Shown: positions 43,713 through 51,184 of the stretch, piece by piece
Numbering within the stretch: position 1 is the stretch's first letter
How the letters are laid out: every line of letters begins with the position of its first letter
DNA from: Candidatus Sumerlaeia bacterium
GTDB lineage: Bacteria > Sumerlaeota > Sumerlaeia > JADFCW01
Assembly: GCA_026415575.1 (NCBI GenBank)
Contig: JAOAGV010000009.1
Span: 1,059-65,058 of the forward strand
Length of the DNA: 64,000 bases
Direction of reading: 5' to 3'
Notes under the pieces: generated by a model
The model's database searches: none
Seen by the model: the letters and a program-made list of their open reading frames with translations, nothing else
What the model was told of the DNA's origin: nothing
Program-made: the position numbers and the translations under genes

Positions 43713-45055
43713 GGCCCCCTCCGCAAATAATCATAACCCAGCAATGCAGCACCGCGCAACGAAGAGTGCTCGTGAACGGCATAGTCGGCATCCCACATCC
43801 ATTTCCCTTTGGCCTTGATCAACCATGGATTCAGCGCACCGCCGGCAAGATGGATTGTGCGGTCGAGGCGGATTTGGGTTCCAATTGCCTTCAAATGGCT
43901 GCGTTGGTAGCGACACAATCCGCGCACGATGGCCGCAAGAATTTCCTCGCGCGTCGTCGCAGCGGTCAGCCCCCGCAACTGTGCGCGCAGCGGTTTTTGC
44001 GAATAGCGCGATCCGAGCAGATACGGCGTATAATGGACACGGCTGGTTTTATCCAGCCATTGCTCAAGCGCCTTGGGGAGAAATCCGGCATAAAACTCAT
44101 CCGCCGGCATCTCCGAGCAAAACACCGAGCGAAACCACTCGAGAGCCTTTCCCCCGGCATTCATCACGTGGAGGGTCAGCCAGCGGTTTGGAATGACATG
44201 GGCGCGCAGGTTATAGCGCGGCGACGGAATGCATTGCGGCAGGCACACCAGCGTAATCTCACACGTGCCGTTGACGTTGAGAATTTGCCCGGTTTCTCGA
44301 ACCCCTGCCGCATACGCGGCCAGCACAGCGTCGTTGCCGCCGATCACGACTTGCGGCATTTTCCGCAAACCCAAAGCGCGTGCCTGCGAGGCTTTTACGC
44401 GCCCGACGCTTTCCTGCGCGGGTATCAAGTCCGGCAAGCGGTCCAGTGTAAGACCAAACGCACCGGCAAGGTCACGATTCCATGTCCGATCGTTGCGAAC
44501 GGTGTTATACAAAGCCGTAAGGGACGCCGACGATGGGTCCATTGCAAAACGCCCGGTCAGCCATGCGGCAAGATAGGTGTTCGAATGGCCGAACACTGCG
44601 GTCTTGCGGAACACATGCGGACAGCAGTCCTTCAGCCATAAAATGCCGGCCAGTGAACAACCGCCCGCCACCGGGATATTGCCGGTAATGTCGAGCAAAG
44701 TCGCCACGCCGATTGTATTTATAATCCGTTGCGCCTGCGCGCGCGAACGTTGATCGAGCATCAGAATCGCCGGATACAGCGCTTGCCCGCGGTGGTCCAT
44801 GGCGGTCAAGCCCGGTGTGGTTCCGGACAATGCAACAACCTCGACCGCAGCCATGGCGTCCTTCATTGCTTTGCATCCGGCCACAAAGGCTTGTTTCCAT
44901 TTTTCCGGCTGGATGTCGCTATACAGACCCTCGTTGTAGGTGTGGATCGAGTAGCTGCGCGACACAGACCGAATCAGTTGGAGCGACTTTCCCTCCGGTT
45001 GATACACCCCCATTTTCATGCACGACGTGCCAATATCTACGGCCAGAATGGTCAT
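43709..45055 (-). CDS. FGGY-family carbohydrate kinase
   Basis: Track ORF 43709..45112, with the internal ATG 45055 giving MTILAVDIGTSCMKMGVYQ (the FGGY N-terminal phosphate-1 motif). The C-terminus is IHLAGGALNPWL. The stop overlaps the polX ATG (ATGA at 43709-43712). Confidence 0.8.
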   Translation of the reverse strand: MTILAVDIGTSCMKMGVYQPEGKSLQLIRSVSRSYSIHTYNEGLYSDIQPEKWKQAFVAGCKAMKDAMAAVEVVALSGTTPGLTAMDHRGQALYPAILMLDQRSRAQAQRIINTIGVATLLDITGNIPVAGGCSLAGILWLKDCCPHVFRKTAVFGHSNTYLAAWLTGRFAMDPSSASLTALYNTVRNDRTWNRDLAGAFGLTLDRLPDLIPAQESVGRVKASQARALGLRKMPQVVIGGNDAVLAAYAAGVRETGQILNVNGTCEITLVCLPQCIPSPRYNLRAHVIPNRWLTLHVMNAGGKALEWFRSVFCSEMPADEFYAGFLPKALEQWLDKTSRVHYTPYLLGSRYSQKPLRAQLRGLTAATTREEILAAIVRGLCRYQRSHLKAIGTQIRLDRTIHLAGGALNPWLIKAKGKWMWDADYAVHEHSSLRGAALLGYDYLRRGP

Positions 45056-45128
45056 GGAGTCTCTTCCGTGGACTAAAGAATCGGACGGATTCGACCGGTC
45101 CGACCTGTTCATTTTTTGAAGGGCGCGA

Positions 45129-46028
45129 TTAGCGCAAGAAGCCTTCTGCCATCATTCGGGCCCGAATCGCTTCGCGCGCCCCGTCGCCGAGCGGCTGCAA
45201 CGGCGAGCGCGGTTCGCCGCCGCGAAAGCCTGCGATCTCCATCGCGGCTTTGACGCCCGCGACGCCCGCCGTCCCCGACACCGCCTCGGTCAGGCGCGAC
45301 AGGCGGTGATGCAGCGCCGCCGCTTCGTCGTATTTTCGCTCGATAAACAAACGATAGAGGTCGGCGCATTCGTCGGGAAACACATTGGCCAGCGAGAGAA
45401 TCCCGCCGCGTGCGCCCAAGTGCAGCGACGGGGAGAAAAACGTGGCCGACCCCGCCAGCACGTGAAAATCCGCATCCGCATCGAGATCGCTCAAAAACCT
45501 TGCCGGCCCCACCGGCGAGGAGTCCTTAATGCCGACAATATTCGGGTGCCCCGACAACGCCACAATCGTGCTGCCCGGCATCTGCACGCCGCCGGTGAAC
45601 TGCGGCGCGTTGTAGATCAACACCGGCAGCGGCACGGCGTCTGCCGCACGCTCATAGTGCGCCTGAAGCGTCGGCCCGTCCATGCGTTTGGCAAAATAGC
45701 CGGGCGTCAGCACGCTGACGTAATCGAATCCCATTGCGGCCACTGCCTTGGATTTCTCGATGGTCTGGCGCGTGGACTCGCAGCCGGTGCCGACCATGAC
45801 GACCTTGTCCCCTTTCTCTTCGGCGAATACTTCAAGCACCTGCATTTGCTCGCGGTCGCTCAGGCTCCGAAATTCGCCGTTCGAGCCCAGTGCGAGATAG
45901 CCTTTGACTTTGCTCTCGCGCAGCCGGCACAAATTGAACCGCAAGTCGTCGAGCGCAAGATCATCGTTGCGAAACGGTGTAACAACAGGAATAAACACCC
46001 CGGACAGCTTTTGCCGATGGTCAGTCAT
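45129..46028 (-). CDS. DHDPS/NAL-family class I aldolase (YjhH/YagE-like 2-keto-3-deoxy sugar-acid aldolase candidate)
   Basis: Track ORF 45129..46052, with the internal ATG 46028. GVFIPVVTPFRNDD...GYLALGSNGEFRSLSDRE...YNAPQFTGG...IVGIKDSS (Schiff-base Lys context). The subfamily assignment is inferred only from the neighbouring YjhG-like dehydratase. Confidence 0.75.
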   Translation of the reverse strand: MTDHRQKLSGVFIPVVTPFRNDDLALDDLRFNLCRLRESKVKGYLALGSNGEFRSLSDREQMQVLEVFAEEKGDKVVMVGTGCESTRQTIEKSKAVAAMGFDYVSVLTPGYFAKRMDGPTLQAHYERAADAVPLPVLIYNAPQFTGGVQMPGSTIVALSGHPNIVGIKDSSPVGPARFLSDLDADADFHVLAGSATFFSPSLHLGARGGILSLANVFPDECADLYRLFIERKYDEAAALHHRLSRLTEAVSGTAGVAGVKAAMEIAGFRGGEPRSPLQPLGDGAREAIRARMMAEGFLR

Positions 46029-46138
46029 AACATCCTCCTTCAGCCTTCCCACAAGGGCGGCCTCATGGTCCGCAGAAAGATTTAGCCCGCCTTGTGGCTA
46101 CAATAAAATATAGGCGTTAGTCCTTCTACCTTCCAATG

Positions 46139-46238
46139 GGGAATGCCTTTCGCGGCATCCAAACTCGAGTGGCGTCGAAACCAAACTTATTCGGTCGGGG
46201 GTGGAACCCGACGTTCCATTTGCGGCAATTCCACCCCC
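46139..46238. repeat. Hairpin repeat modules (GATGCC..GGCATC and GGTCGGGGTGGAACCCGACC family)
   Basis: GGAATGCCTTTCGCGGCATCC at 46139-46159. GTCGGG/CCCGAC stem at 46192-46213. A 10-bp stem GGGGGTGGAA (46197-46206) pairs with TTCCACCCCC (46229-46238). The same modules recur at 50527-50622. Confidence 0.65.
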
Positions 46239-46302
46239 TGTATTTAGCGCTCTGCAAGCAGCGGAAAGGGTTTGTATGATAGAAAACGCATATCCAATGG
46301 GA

Positions 46303-46322
46303 GGGAAGAATTAATTCTTCCC
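46303..46322. repeat. Perfect 20-bp palindrome immediately 3' of the dehydratase stop
   Basis: GGGAAGAATTAATTCTTCCC is its own reverse complement. It lies 10 nt from the stop at 46332. It could be a terminator hairpin, but no U-tract follows it. Confidence 0.6.
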
Positions 46323-46331
46323 CCCGCCTTT

Positions 46332-48293
46332 CTACGGTCCTGATCCGTCCTTCAGCCGGCGGAGTATTGCCTCCACATCATACACACAGCCGCCCCATGT
46401 GCCGCCGCCCACATTCTGGAGCGCCGCCCACAACCGGGTATCGTCGGGCATGCCGGGTTGCGGCGAAAGATCGGGGCGCGGCGCGCGCGCGGCCAAAAGC
46501 CGGTTGCCCCGCTCGACGCTTTGCTGCTCCGGCGGGCAGCCTGCCTCGCCGACCAAATCCACGCTGCCTTCCAGACGGTTTCGGTCTATCACGATTTGAA
46601 TCCGGTCGCCTTCGAGCACTTTGCCAATTGGACCTCCCGCCAGTGCCTCCGGCCAGACATGGCCGATACACGGGCCGGTGCTCAGGCCGCTAAACCGCGC
46701 GTCGCTGACCACCGCCACATGCTTGCCCCACGGCAGCGCCTTGAGCGCGGCGGTAATCTGAAGAATCTCCTCCATGCCCGAGCCCATCGGCCCCATGCAG
46801 ATCAACACCATGACATCGCCGGGATGGATGGCGCCGTCTTTGATGGCGCGGATGGCGTCGCGCTCGCGCAGAAACACCCGCGCCGGCCCGACCTTGCGAT
46901 AGACGCCGCTGGCATCCGTCAGCGACGGGTCCATCGCGGTGCTTTTGATGACCGAGCCTTCGGGCGCCAGATTGCCGCGCGGAAACGTGGCGGTGGAGGC
47001 CAAACCGCATTCGCGCGCCCGCTCCGGACTCAGGATTACACGGTCGGGGTCCACGCCATCGGCCGAGCGCAACCGCTCGCGCATCCGGTGCCGCCGTTCC
47101 GACTGCTCCCACCAGTCCAGCGCTTCATTCCACGAGACTCCGGCAACCGTCAGCTCGTCGAGTTCGAGCAATCCCAGCCGGCGCAGGTGGAGCATGACCT
47201 CCGGCACACCGCCCGCCAGATAGACCTGAACGGTCGGATGGCCCACAGGGCCGTTCGGCAGCACGTCCACAAGGCGCGGAGTTTGACGATTGACGCGAAT
47301 CCAGTCGCCCAGTGCGGGGCGCGGCAATCCGGCGGCGTGCGCAACGGCCGGCAGATGCAGAAGCAGATTGGTCGAGCCGCCGAACGCGGCATGAACCACC
47401 ATGGCATTGTGCACCGCGGCTTCCGTCACGATGTCCTTCATGGCCGTGCCGCGCGTTTCCATTGCCAGCAACGCGCGCGCCGAACGCTCCGCAATGTCGA
47501 GCCACACGGCCTGTCCCGACGGCGCCAAGGCCGAGTGGGGAAGCGCCATGCCCAGCGCCTCGGCCACCACTTGCGACGTGGCCGCCGTTCCGAGAAAGTG
47601 GCAGCCGCCGCCCGCGCTGGCGCACGCGCGGCAGGCGGTCTCGAGCGCGTAGTCGAGCGACACCTCGCCGTGGACAAAGCGCGTGCTCAGGGATTGAATC
47701 GCTCCGAGGTCTTCGCCGCACGTCGGCGGCAGAGTCACGCCGCCCGGCACAATCGCGCACGGCAGGTCGCGCATGGCCGACAGAGCCATCATCATGGCAG
47801 GCAGGCCCTTGTCGCACGTGGCCAGACCGAGGACGCCGCGCCGAAGCGGCACGCTGCGGATGAGCCGCCGGAAAACCGTCGCGGCATCGTTGCGATACGC
47901 CAGACTGTCCATCATGCCGGGGGTGCCTTGCGTGCATCCGTCGCAGGGGTCGGTGCAGTAGGCGGCCACGGGAAGCGCCCCAAGGGCGGTGATCTGGCGT
48001 GCGGCGGCTTCCATGGCCAAACCCAATTCCCAGTGGCCGGTGTGAAAGCCCAAGGCCACGGGCGTTCCGTCGGGGGCGCGCAGCCCCCCCTTTGTGCTGA
48101 GCAGAAGAAAAACTTTCCGGTCGAGTTCGGCAGGCGGCCACCCCATGCCCGCCCATTCAATGTAGCTGAAAATATGACCGCACGAGGCGGCGGCAAAACG
48201 CTCGGCGCTCAGCGGCAGCCGACCGGCCGGCCCGGGCGCGTGTGTGGCGATGTCATAGACCGCCGGATGGTCGGAATCGAGAACCGTCTGCAT
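46332..48293 (-). CDS. IlvD/Edd-family sugar-acid dehydratase, YjhG/YagF (xylonate dehydratase)-like long form
   Basis: Track ORF 46332..48497, with the internal ATG 48293 giving MQTVLDSDHPAVYDIATHAPGPAGRLPLSAE. As I remember E. coli YjhG, this product is colinear along its whole length: LLLSTKGGLRAPDGTPVALGFHTGHWEL, TDPCDGCTQGTPGMMDSL, ATCDKGLPAMMMAL, GGGCHFLGTAATSQVVAEALG, AAFGGSTNLLLH, PEGSVIKSTA, DARFSGLSTGPCIGHV, PDDTRLWAALQNVGGGTWGGCVYDV. Confidence 0.88.
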   Translation of the reverse strand: MQTVLDSDHPAVYDIATHAPGPAGRLPLSAERFAAASCGHIFSYIEWAGMGWPPAELDRKVFLLLSTKGGLRAPDGTPVALGFHTGHWELGLAMEAAARQITALGALPVAAYCTDPCDGCTQGTPGMMDSLAYRNDAATVFRRLIRSVPLRRGVLGLATCDKGLPAMMMALSAMRDLPCAIVPGGVTLPPTCGEDLGAIQSLSTRFVHGEVSLDYALETACRACASAGGGCHFLGTAATSQVVAEALGMALPHSALAPSGQAVWLDIAERSARALLAMETRGTAMKDIVTEAAVHNAMVVHAAFGGSTNLLLHLPAVAHAAGLPRPALGDWIRVNRQTPRLVDVLPNGPVGHPTVQVYLAGGVPEVMLHLRRLGLLELDELTVAGVSWNEALDWWEQSERRHRMRERLRSADGVDPDRVILSPERARECGLASTATFPRGNLAPEGSVIKSTAMDPSLTDASGVYRKVGPARVFLRERDAIRAIKDGAIHPGDVMVLICMGPMGSGMEEILQITAALKALPWGKHVAVVSDARFSGLSTGPCIGHVWPEALAGGPIGKVLEGDRIQIVIDRNRLEGSVDLVGEAGCPPEQQSVERGNRLLAARAPRPDLSPQPGMPDDTRLWAALQNVGGGTWGGCVYDVEAILRRLKDGSGP

Positions 48294-48401
48294 TGAAAAC
48301 CTTTTCTGTAACTGCTCTCTTTGGGTCGCAAATCCCCATGGCGCAACGGTATTTTTCTTGGCAAGCGATAGTCCAGAAAAAAGGCGCGGCAGATGGGCTC
48401 T

Positions 48402-48427
48402 GCTTTGGACTGCGCGCAGCCCAAAGC
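48402..48427. repeat. 26-nt near-perfect palindrome in the divergent control region
   Basis: GCTTTGGACTGCGCGCAGCCCAAAGC; one mismatched pair prevents perfect dyad symmetry. Confidence 0.6.
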
Positions 48428-48486
48428 AAAAACAGTTTCTGGCGGATTGCGGAAATCGTGCACGCCCATCGCACAGGGTCCACACA

Positions 48487-48501
48487 GCAATTGACAATTG
48501 C
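48487..48501. promoter_or_regulatory. Perfect 15-bp dyad GCAATTG-A-CAATTGC (candidate operator), 70 nt upstream of the oxidoreductase ATG
   Basis: Read directly from the sequence. It contains a TTGACA hexamer at 48491-48496. It sits between the divergent dehydratase and Gfo/Idh/MocA genes. Confidence 0.4.
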
Positions 48502-48570
48502 CGGCGACTCTACCACCATGCCGCCGTTTCATGGCAGTGGTGAAATTGTCTGACAGAAAGGATTTGTCCA

Positions 48571-49872
48571 ATGAAACGACGCGAGTTTTTCCGCAAGTCG
48601 GGTGCGGCGGCTGCCGCCAGCGTGGCCGCTCCCATGATTATTCCGCGCGACGTGCTGGGCGCCCCCGGCCGTCCGGGCGCCAACGACCGCATCCAGATCG
48701 CCATCATCGGGCTGGGCGGCCGCGCCAACTGGCTGCTGCAATACGAGGATTTTTCGGCAGTGGACATCGTGGCTGTCTCGGACCCGTGGCTCAAACGCTG
48801 CGACGATATGGCAAACAAGGAGTGGGGGAAGAAATGGGGCGGGGACAAGTGGCGCAAGTATCAATACTACCAAAAAATGTTTGAGAAAGAAAAACTCGAC
48901 GCGGTGTTTGTCGAAACCACCACGCACGCCCGCGTTCTGGTTTGCATCCACGCCCTTCAGGCAGGCCTGGATGTCTATGCCGAAAAGCCTCTGACCCTGA
49001 CCATCGAAGAAGGGCGCGTGCTCACTGACGCCGTCCGCAAACTCGGCCGCGTCCTCCAGACGGGTACCCAGCAGCGCTCGATGCCCATCAACCGCTATGC
49101 CAGCAAACTCATCGCCAACGGGCGGCTGGGAAAGATCCATACGGTGCTCGCCTGCAACTTTGAGGGCCCGGCCCGCTGGCCCGGCAAACCCGAACAGAAA
49201 ATGCCCGAAGGCCTCGACTGGGATATGTGGTGCAACCAAACGGAACTCCGCCCCTACCATACGGAACTGCACAACCGATGGGCGCTGTGGTGGGACTACG
49301 ACGGCGGCGGGCAGTCGTGGGGCGTCACCGGCTGGGGCACTCATGCACTCGACCAGGTGCAGTGCGCACTCGGCACCGACGAGACCGGGCCGGTCGAACT
49401 CTGGCCCGAAGAGAGCGGCCCCAAATGCAAAGTCACGCTGCGCTATGCCAATGGAACGCTGTTAAAGCTGGCGCAGGAGAAGATCAATGATCACCAGCAG
49501 TTGGGCGCGATCTTCTACGGCGAGAAGGGAACACTGCAAATCGTGCGCGGCAACTTCAAGGCCGAGCCCAAGGAACTCGATGATGAGCTGCGCAAGGACA
49601 GCCCGCCCGTTCTTCCCGAAGGCGCCGGCGAATGTGCGCCGCATCTGCAAAACTTCTTTGAGTGCATGCGGACGCGCCAGCGGCCCTATGCCGACGTCGA
49701 AATCGGCCACCGCTCGACGGTAATCTGCCACCTCATCAATATTTGCCGCGATTTGGGCCGCAAACTGCAGTGGGACCCCAAGGCGGAACGGTTTGTCGGC
49801 GATGACGAGGCGAACAAGATGCTCAGCCGCCCGCGCCGCAAGGGCTACGAACTGCCGAAGATTACAGCCTAA
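48571..49872 (+). CDS. Tat-exported Gfo/Idh/MocA family oxidoreductase
   Basis: Twin-arginine signal MKRREFFRKSGAAAAASVAAPMIIP. Rossmann motif RIQIAIIGLGGRANWLL. EKPLTL motif. Confidence 0.85.
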   Translation: MKRREFFRKSGAAAAASVAAPMIIPRDVLGAPGRPGANDRIQIAIIGLGGRANWLLQYEDFSAVDIVAVSDPWLKRCDDMANKEWGKKWGGDKWRKYQYYQKMFEKEKLDAVFVETTTHARVLVCIHALQAGLDVYAEKPLTLTIEEGRVLTDAVRKLGRVLQTGTQQRSMPINRYASKLIANGRLGKIHTVLACNFEGPARWPGKPEQKMPEGLDWDMWCNQTELRPYHTELHNRWALWWDYDGGGQSWGVTGWGTHALDQVQCALGTDETGPVELWPEESGPKCKVTLRYANGTLLKLAQEKINDHQQLGAIFYGEKGTLQIVRGNFKAEPKELDDELRKDSPPVLPEGAGECAPHLQNFFECMRTRQRPYADVEIGHRSTVICHLINICRDLGRKLQWDPKAERFVGDDEANKMLSRPRRKGYELPKITA

Positions 49873-50080
49873 CGTGGCCTTTGGCCACAACCAAAGCAAT
49901 GCGCACAAGGGCTTGTAGAGAACACGCACAGGGTATATATGCAGGGGAATTGGGATCGCAGTCGGCGGCTGATTTTTTCCGACCCTGAAAGCGCTATCTA
50001 TTTTGGCCAGAGCCGGCCGACCGACTACATCCTTGCCGAAGTTGAGGTTTTTATCGGCCCTGAAAGGGCCATCTAAGAGC

Positions 50081-50162
50081 CTATCCGAAAACGTGGCTTG
50101 GCCGTCTCAGCCAAGATTCTTGGACGGCACGCTCAAGCCACGATCGAACGGTTTTCGGATAG
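50081..50162. other. 82-nt multi-helix hairpin (candidate structured RNA or MITE core)
   Basis: CTATCCGAAAAC pairs with GTTTTCGGATAG (12 bp), GTGGCTTG with CAAGCCAC (8 bp), GCCGTC with GACGGC (6 bp), and the apical CCAAG-ATT-CTTGG forms 5 bp. Confidence 0.55.
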
Positions 50163-50165
50163 ACT

Positions 50166-50296
50166 CTAATTTAGCCCAACACGCAACGCAGAGCTCCACA
50201 TCGGTGTTTTGCCGGCCCTGAAAGGGCCATCTAATCTAGCCCAACACGCAACGCAGATCTCCACGTCGGCGTTTTTTCCGGCCCTGAAAGGGCCAT
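50166..50296. repeat. Tandem duplication of a 65-66-nt unit
   Basis: Unit 1 (50166-50230): CTAATTTAGCCCAACACGCAACGCAGAGCTCCACATCGGTGTTTTGCCGGCCCTGAAAGGGCCAT. Unit 2 (50231-50296) differs at a few positions. A third copy starts at 50297 and then diverges. Confidence 0.8.
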
Positions 50297-50476
50297 CTAA
50301 TTTAGCCCAGGGCAACGCCCTGGGAAAAACCGCCATCTAAATGGGCAAGCCCTGAAAGGGCGCTCTAGCGTTGGCCGCCGCCGTCGTTAGCGCGCCCTTT
50401 CAGGGCTTTAAAACTTGGGGGCAGAACCGTTTCTCAGGGCGTTGCTTTGGGCTAGATTCGATGGCCCCTTCAGGCC
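50280..50476. repeat. Roughly 197-nt composite inverted-repeat element (copy 1)
   Basis: The left arm is GGCCCTGAAAGGGCCATCTAATTTAGCCCAGGGCAACGCCCTGGGAAAA...AAGCCCTGAAAGGGCGC. The right arm is its imperfect reverse complement: GCGCCCTTTCAGGGCTT...CTCAGGGCGTTGCTTTGGGCTAGATTCGATGGCCCCTTCAGGCC. Confidence 0.7.
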
Positions 50477-50551
50477 TAAAAAATCCGAATTGCTCAGGTT
50501 GCCTTTGGTCACAAGCAAAGTGAAGGGATGCCTTCCACGGCATCCGAAGAA

Positions 50552-50622
50552 CGGTCGGGGTGGAACCCGACCCTCCACCGTCTAAATCGAAAATGCGGTC
50601 GGGGTGGAACCCGACCCTCCAC
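50552..50622. repeat. Two identical 27-nt direct repeats with a 44-nt period
   Basis: CGGTCGGGGTGGAACCCGACCCTCCAC at 50552-50578 and again at 50596-50622. Each contains a GGTCGGG/CCCGACC hairpin. Confidence 0.8.
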
Positions 50623-51088
50623 ACCGGCTCACGCGGCCATTGGCCACAAGCGAAGAGGTCAGAGGCACAAGGGTAGAAGTTAGAAGAGATCGTCGCAAAT
50701 TGGTTAGATCTCCAGACGAAAAAATCTACGCCGCGTAAGGGACTTCGCCCGGAAGCGGAGGCCCTTTCGGGGCAGCTGAAACGCCATGAAGATCTTACTC
50801 ATCAACAACTCGTGATTTTGACGATGGGTTTCCTTTCCGGCACTTTTGAATCAGGCATAAGTGATGTCACAGCAATCATTGACAGGCGCGAATCTAAAAG
50901 AGCGACAATTTTTTGTCGAGGGTTCGGCCCAAACGGCCTAATTCTACGAAAACTGAAATACCCAACGGGCCAAAGGCCGTTGAAAACCAAAGCGGCAGCA
51001 TGGCTGCCGCAGTCCAAAGAGGCGGCCCAAGGAGGCGGCCGTGGGGCTGCTTCCGCTGGCGACGTGTGGAAACTATATGCCACACGCT

Positions 51089-51140
51089 AAAGCGTGAACT
51101 GCAAACGGCAGGCTGAAGCGCGAACTGCGTGCCGAACCAT
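51089..51140. repeat. Degenerate copies of the 26-nt repeat family
   Basis: GAACTGC-AAACGGCAGGCTGAAGCGCGAACTGC-GTGCCGAACC shows 26-nt spacing of GAACTGC. Confidence 0.45.
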
Positions 51141-51184
51141 TAAGGACAACTTCATCTTCCCTTGCCGAGTTCATCCTTTGCCCG

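Larger units (their letters stand above)
49873..50640. repeat. Dense cluster of short GC-rich hairpin repeats (several families)
   Basis: GGCCCTGAAAGGGCC at 50056, 50216 and 50280, with degenerate or reverse-orientation variants GCCCTGAAAGGGC at 50349, GCCCTTTCAGGGC at 50394 and GGCCCCTTCAGGCC at 50463. CCCAGGGCAACGCCCTGGG at 50306. GTGGCCTTTGGCCAC-type motifs at 49874, 50498 and 50633. GGTCGGGGTGGAACCCGACC occurs twice. There is no credible ORF. Confidence 0.8.

Noticed and set aside
41991-43730. 579-aa plus-strand ORF
   Set aside because: It is antisense to polX.
45070-45110. tRNA-like T-arm (GGTCGAATCC) between the aldolase and kinase genes
   Set aside because: The stem encloses an 11-nt loop, and there is no acceptor, D or anticodon arm. 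It matches the TCGGAC/GTCCGA repeat family instead.
46458-48296. 612-aa plus-strand ORF
   Set aside because: It is antisense to the YjhG-like dehydratase.
49869-50047. Integron attC-like ends (GCCTAAC ... GTTGAGG)
   Set aside because: There is no intI, no cassette ORFs, and the second core does not fit GTTRRRY.
50552-50622. Possible mini-CRISPR (identical 27-nt repeats)
   Set aside because: There are only two copies, the spacer is just 17 nt, the repeats belong to a dispersed hairpin family, and no cas genes are present.
50400-50624. Small ORFs inside the repeat islands (for example 50400..50624 minus and 63634..63840 minus)
   Set aside because: They are read entirely through palindromic repeat modules, have no RBS, and the peptides are repeat artefacts (ALKGR / QGNALG / GWNPT-type strings).
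51040-51066. SRP-RNA-like GGAAGCAGCC motif on the minus strand
   Set aside because: The flanks do not form the conserved domain IV symmetric/asymmetric loops, and there is no 5'/3' closing helix.
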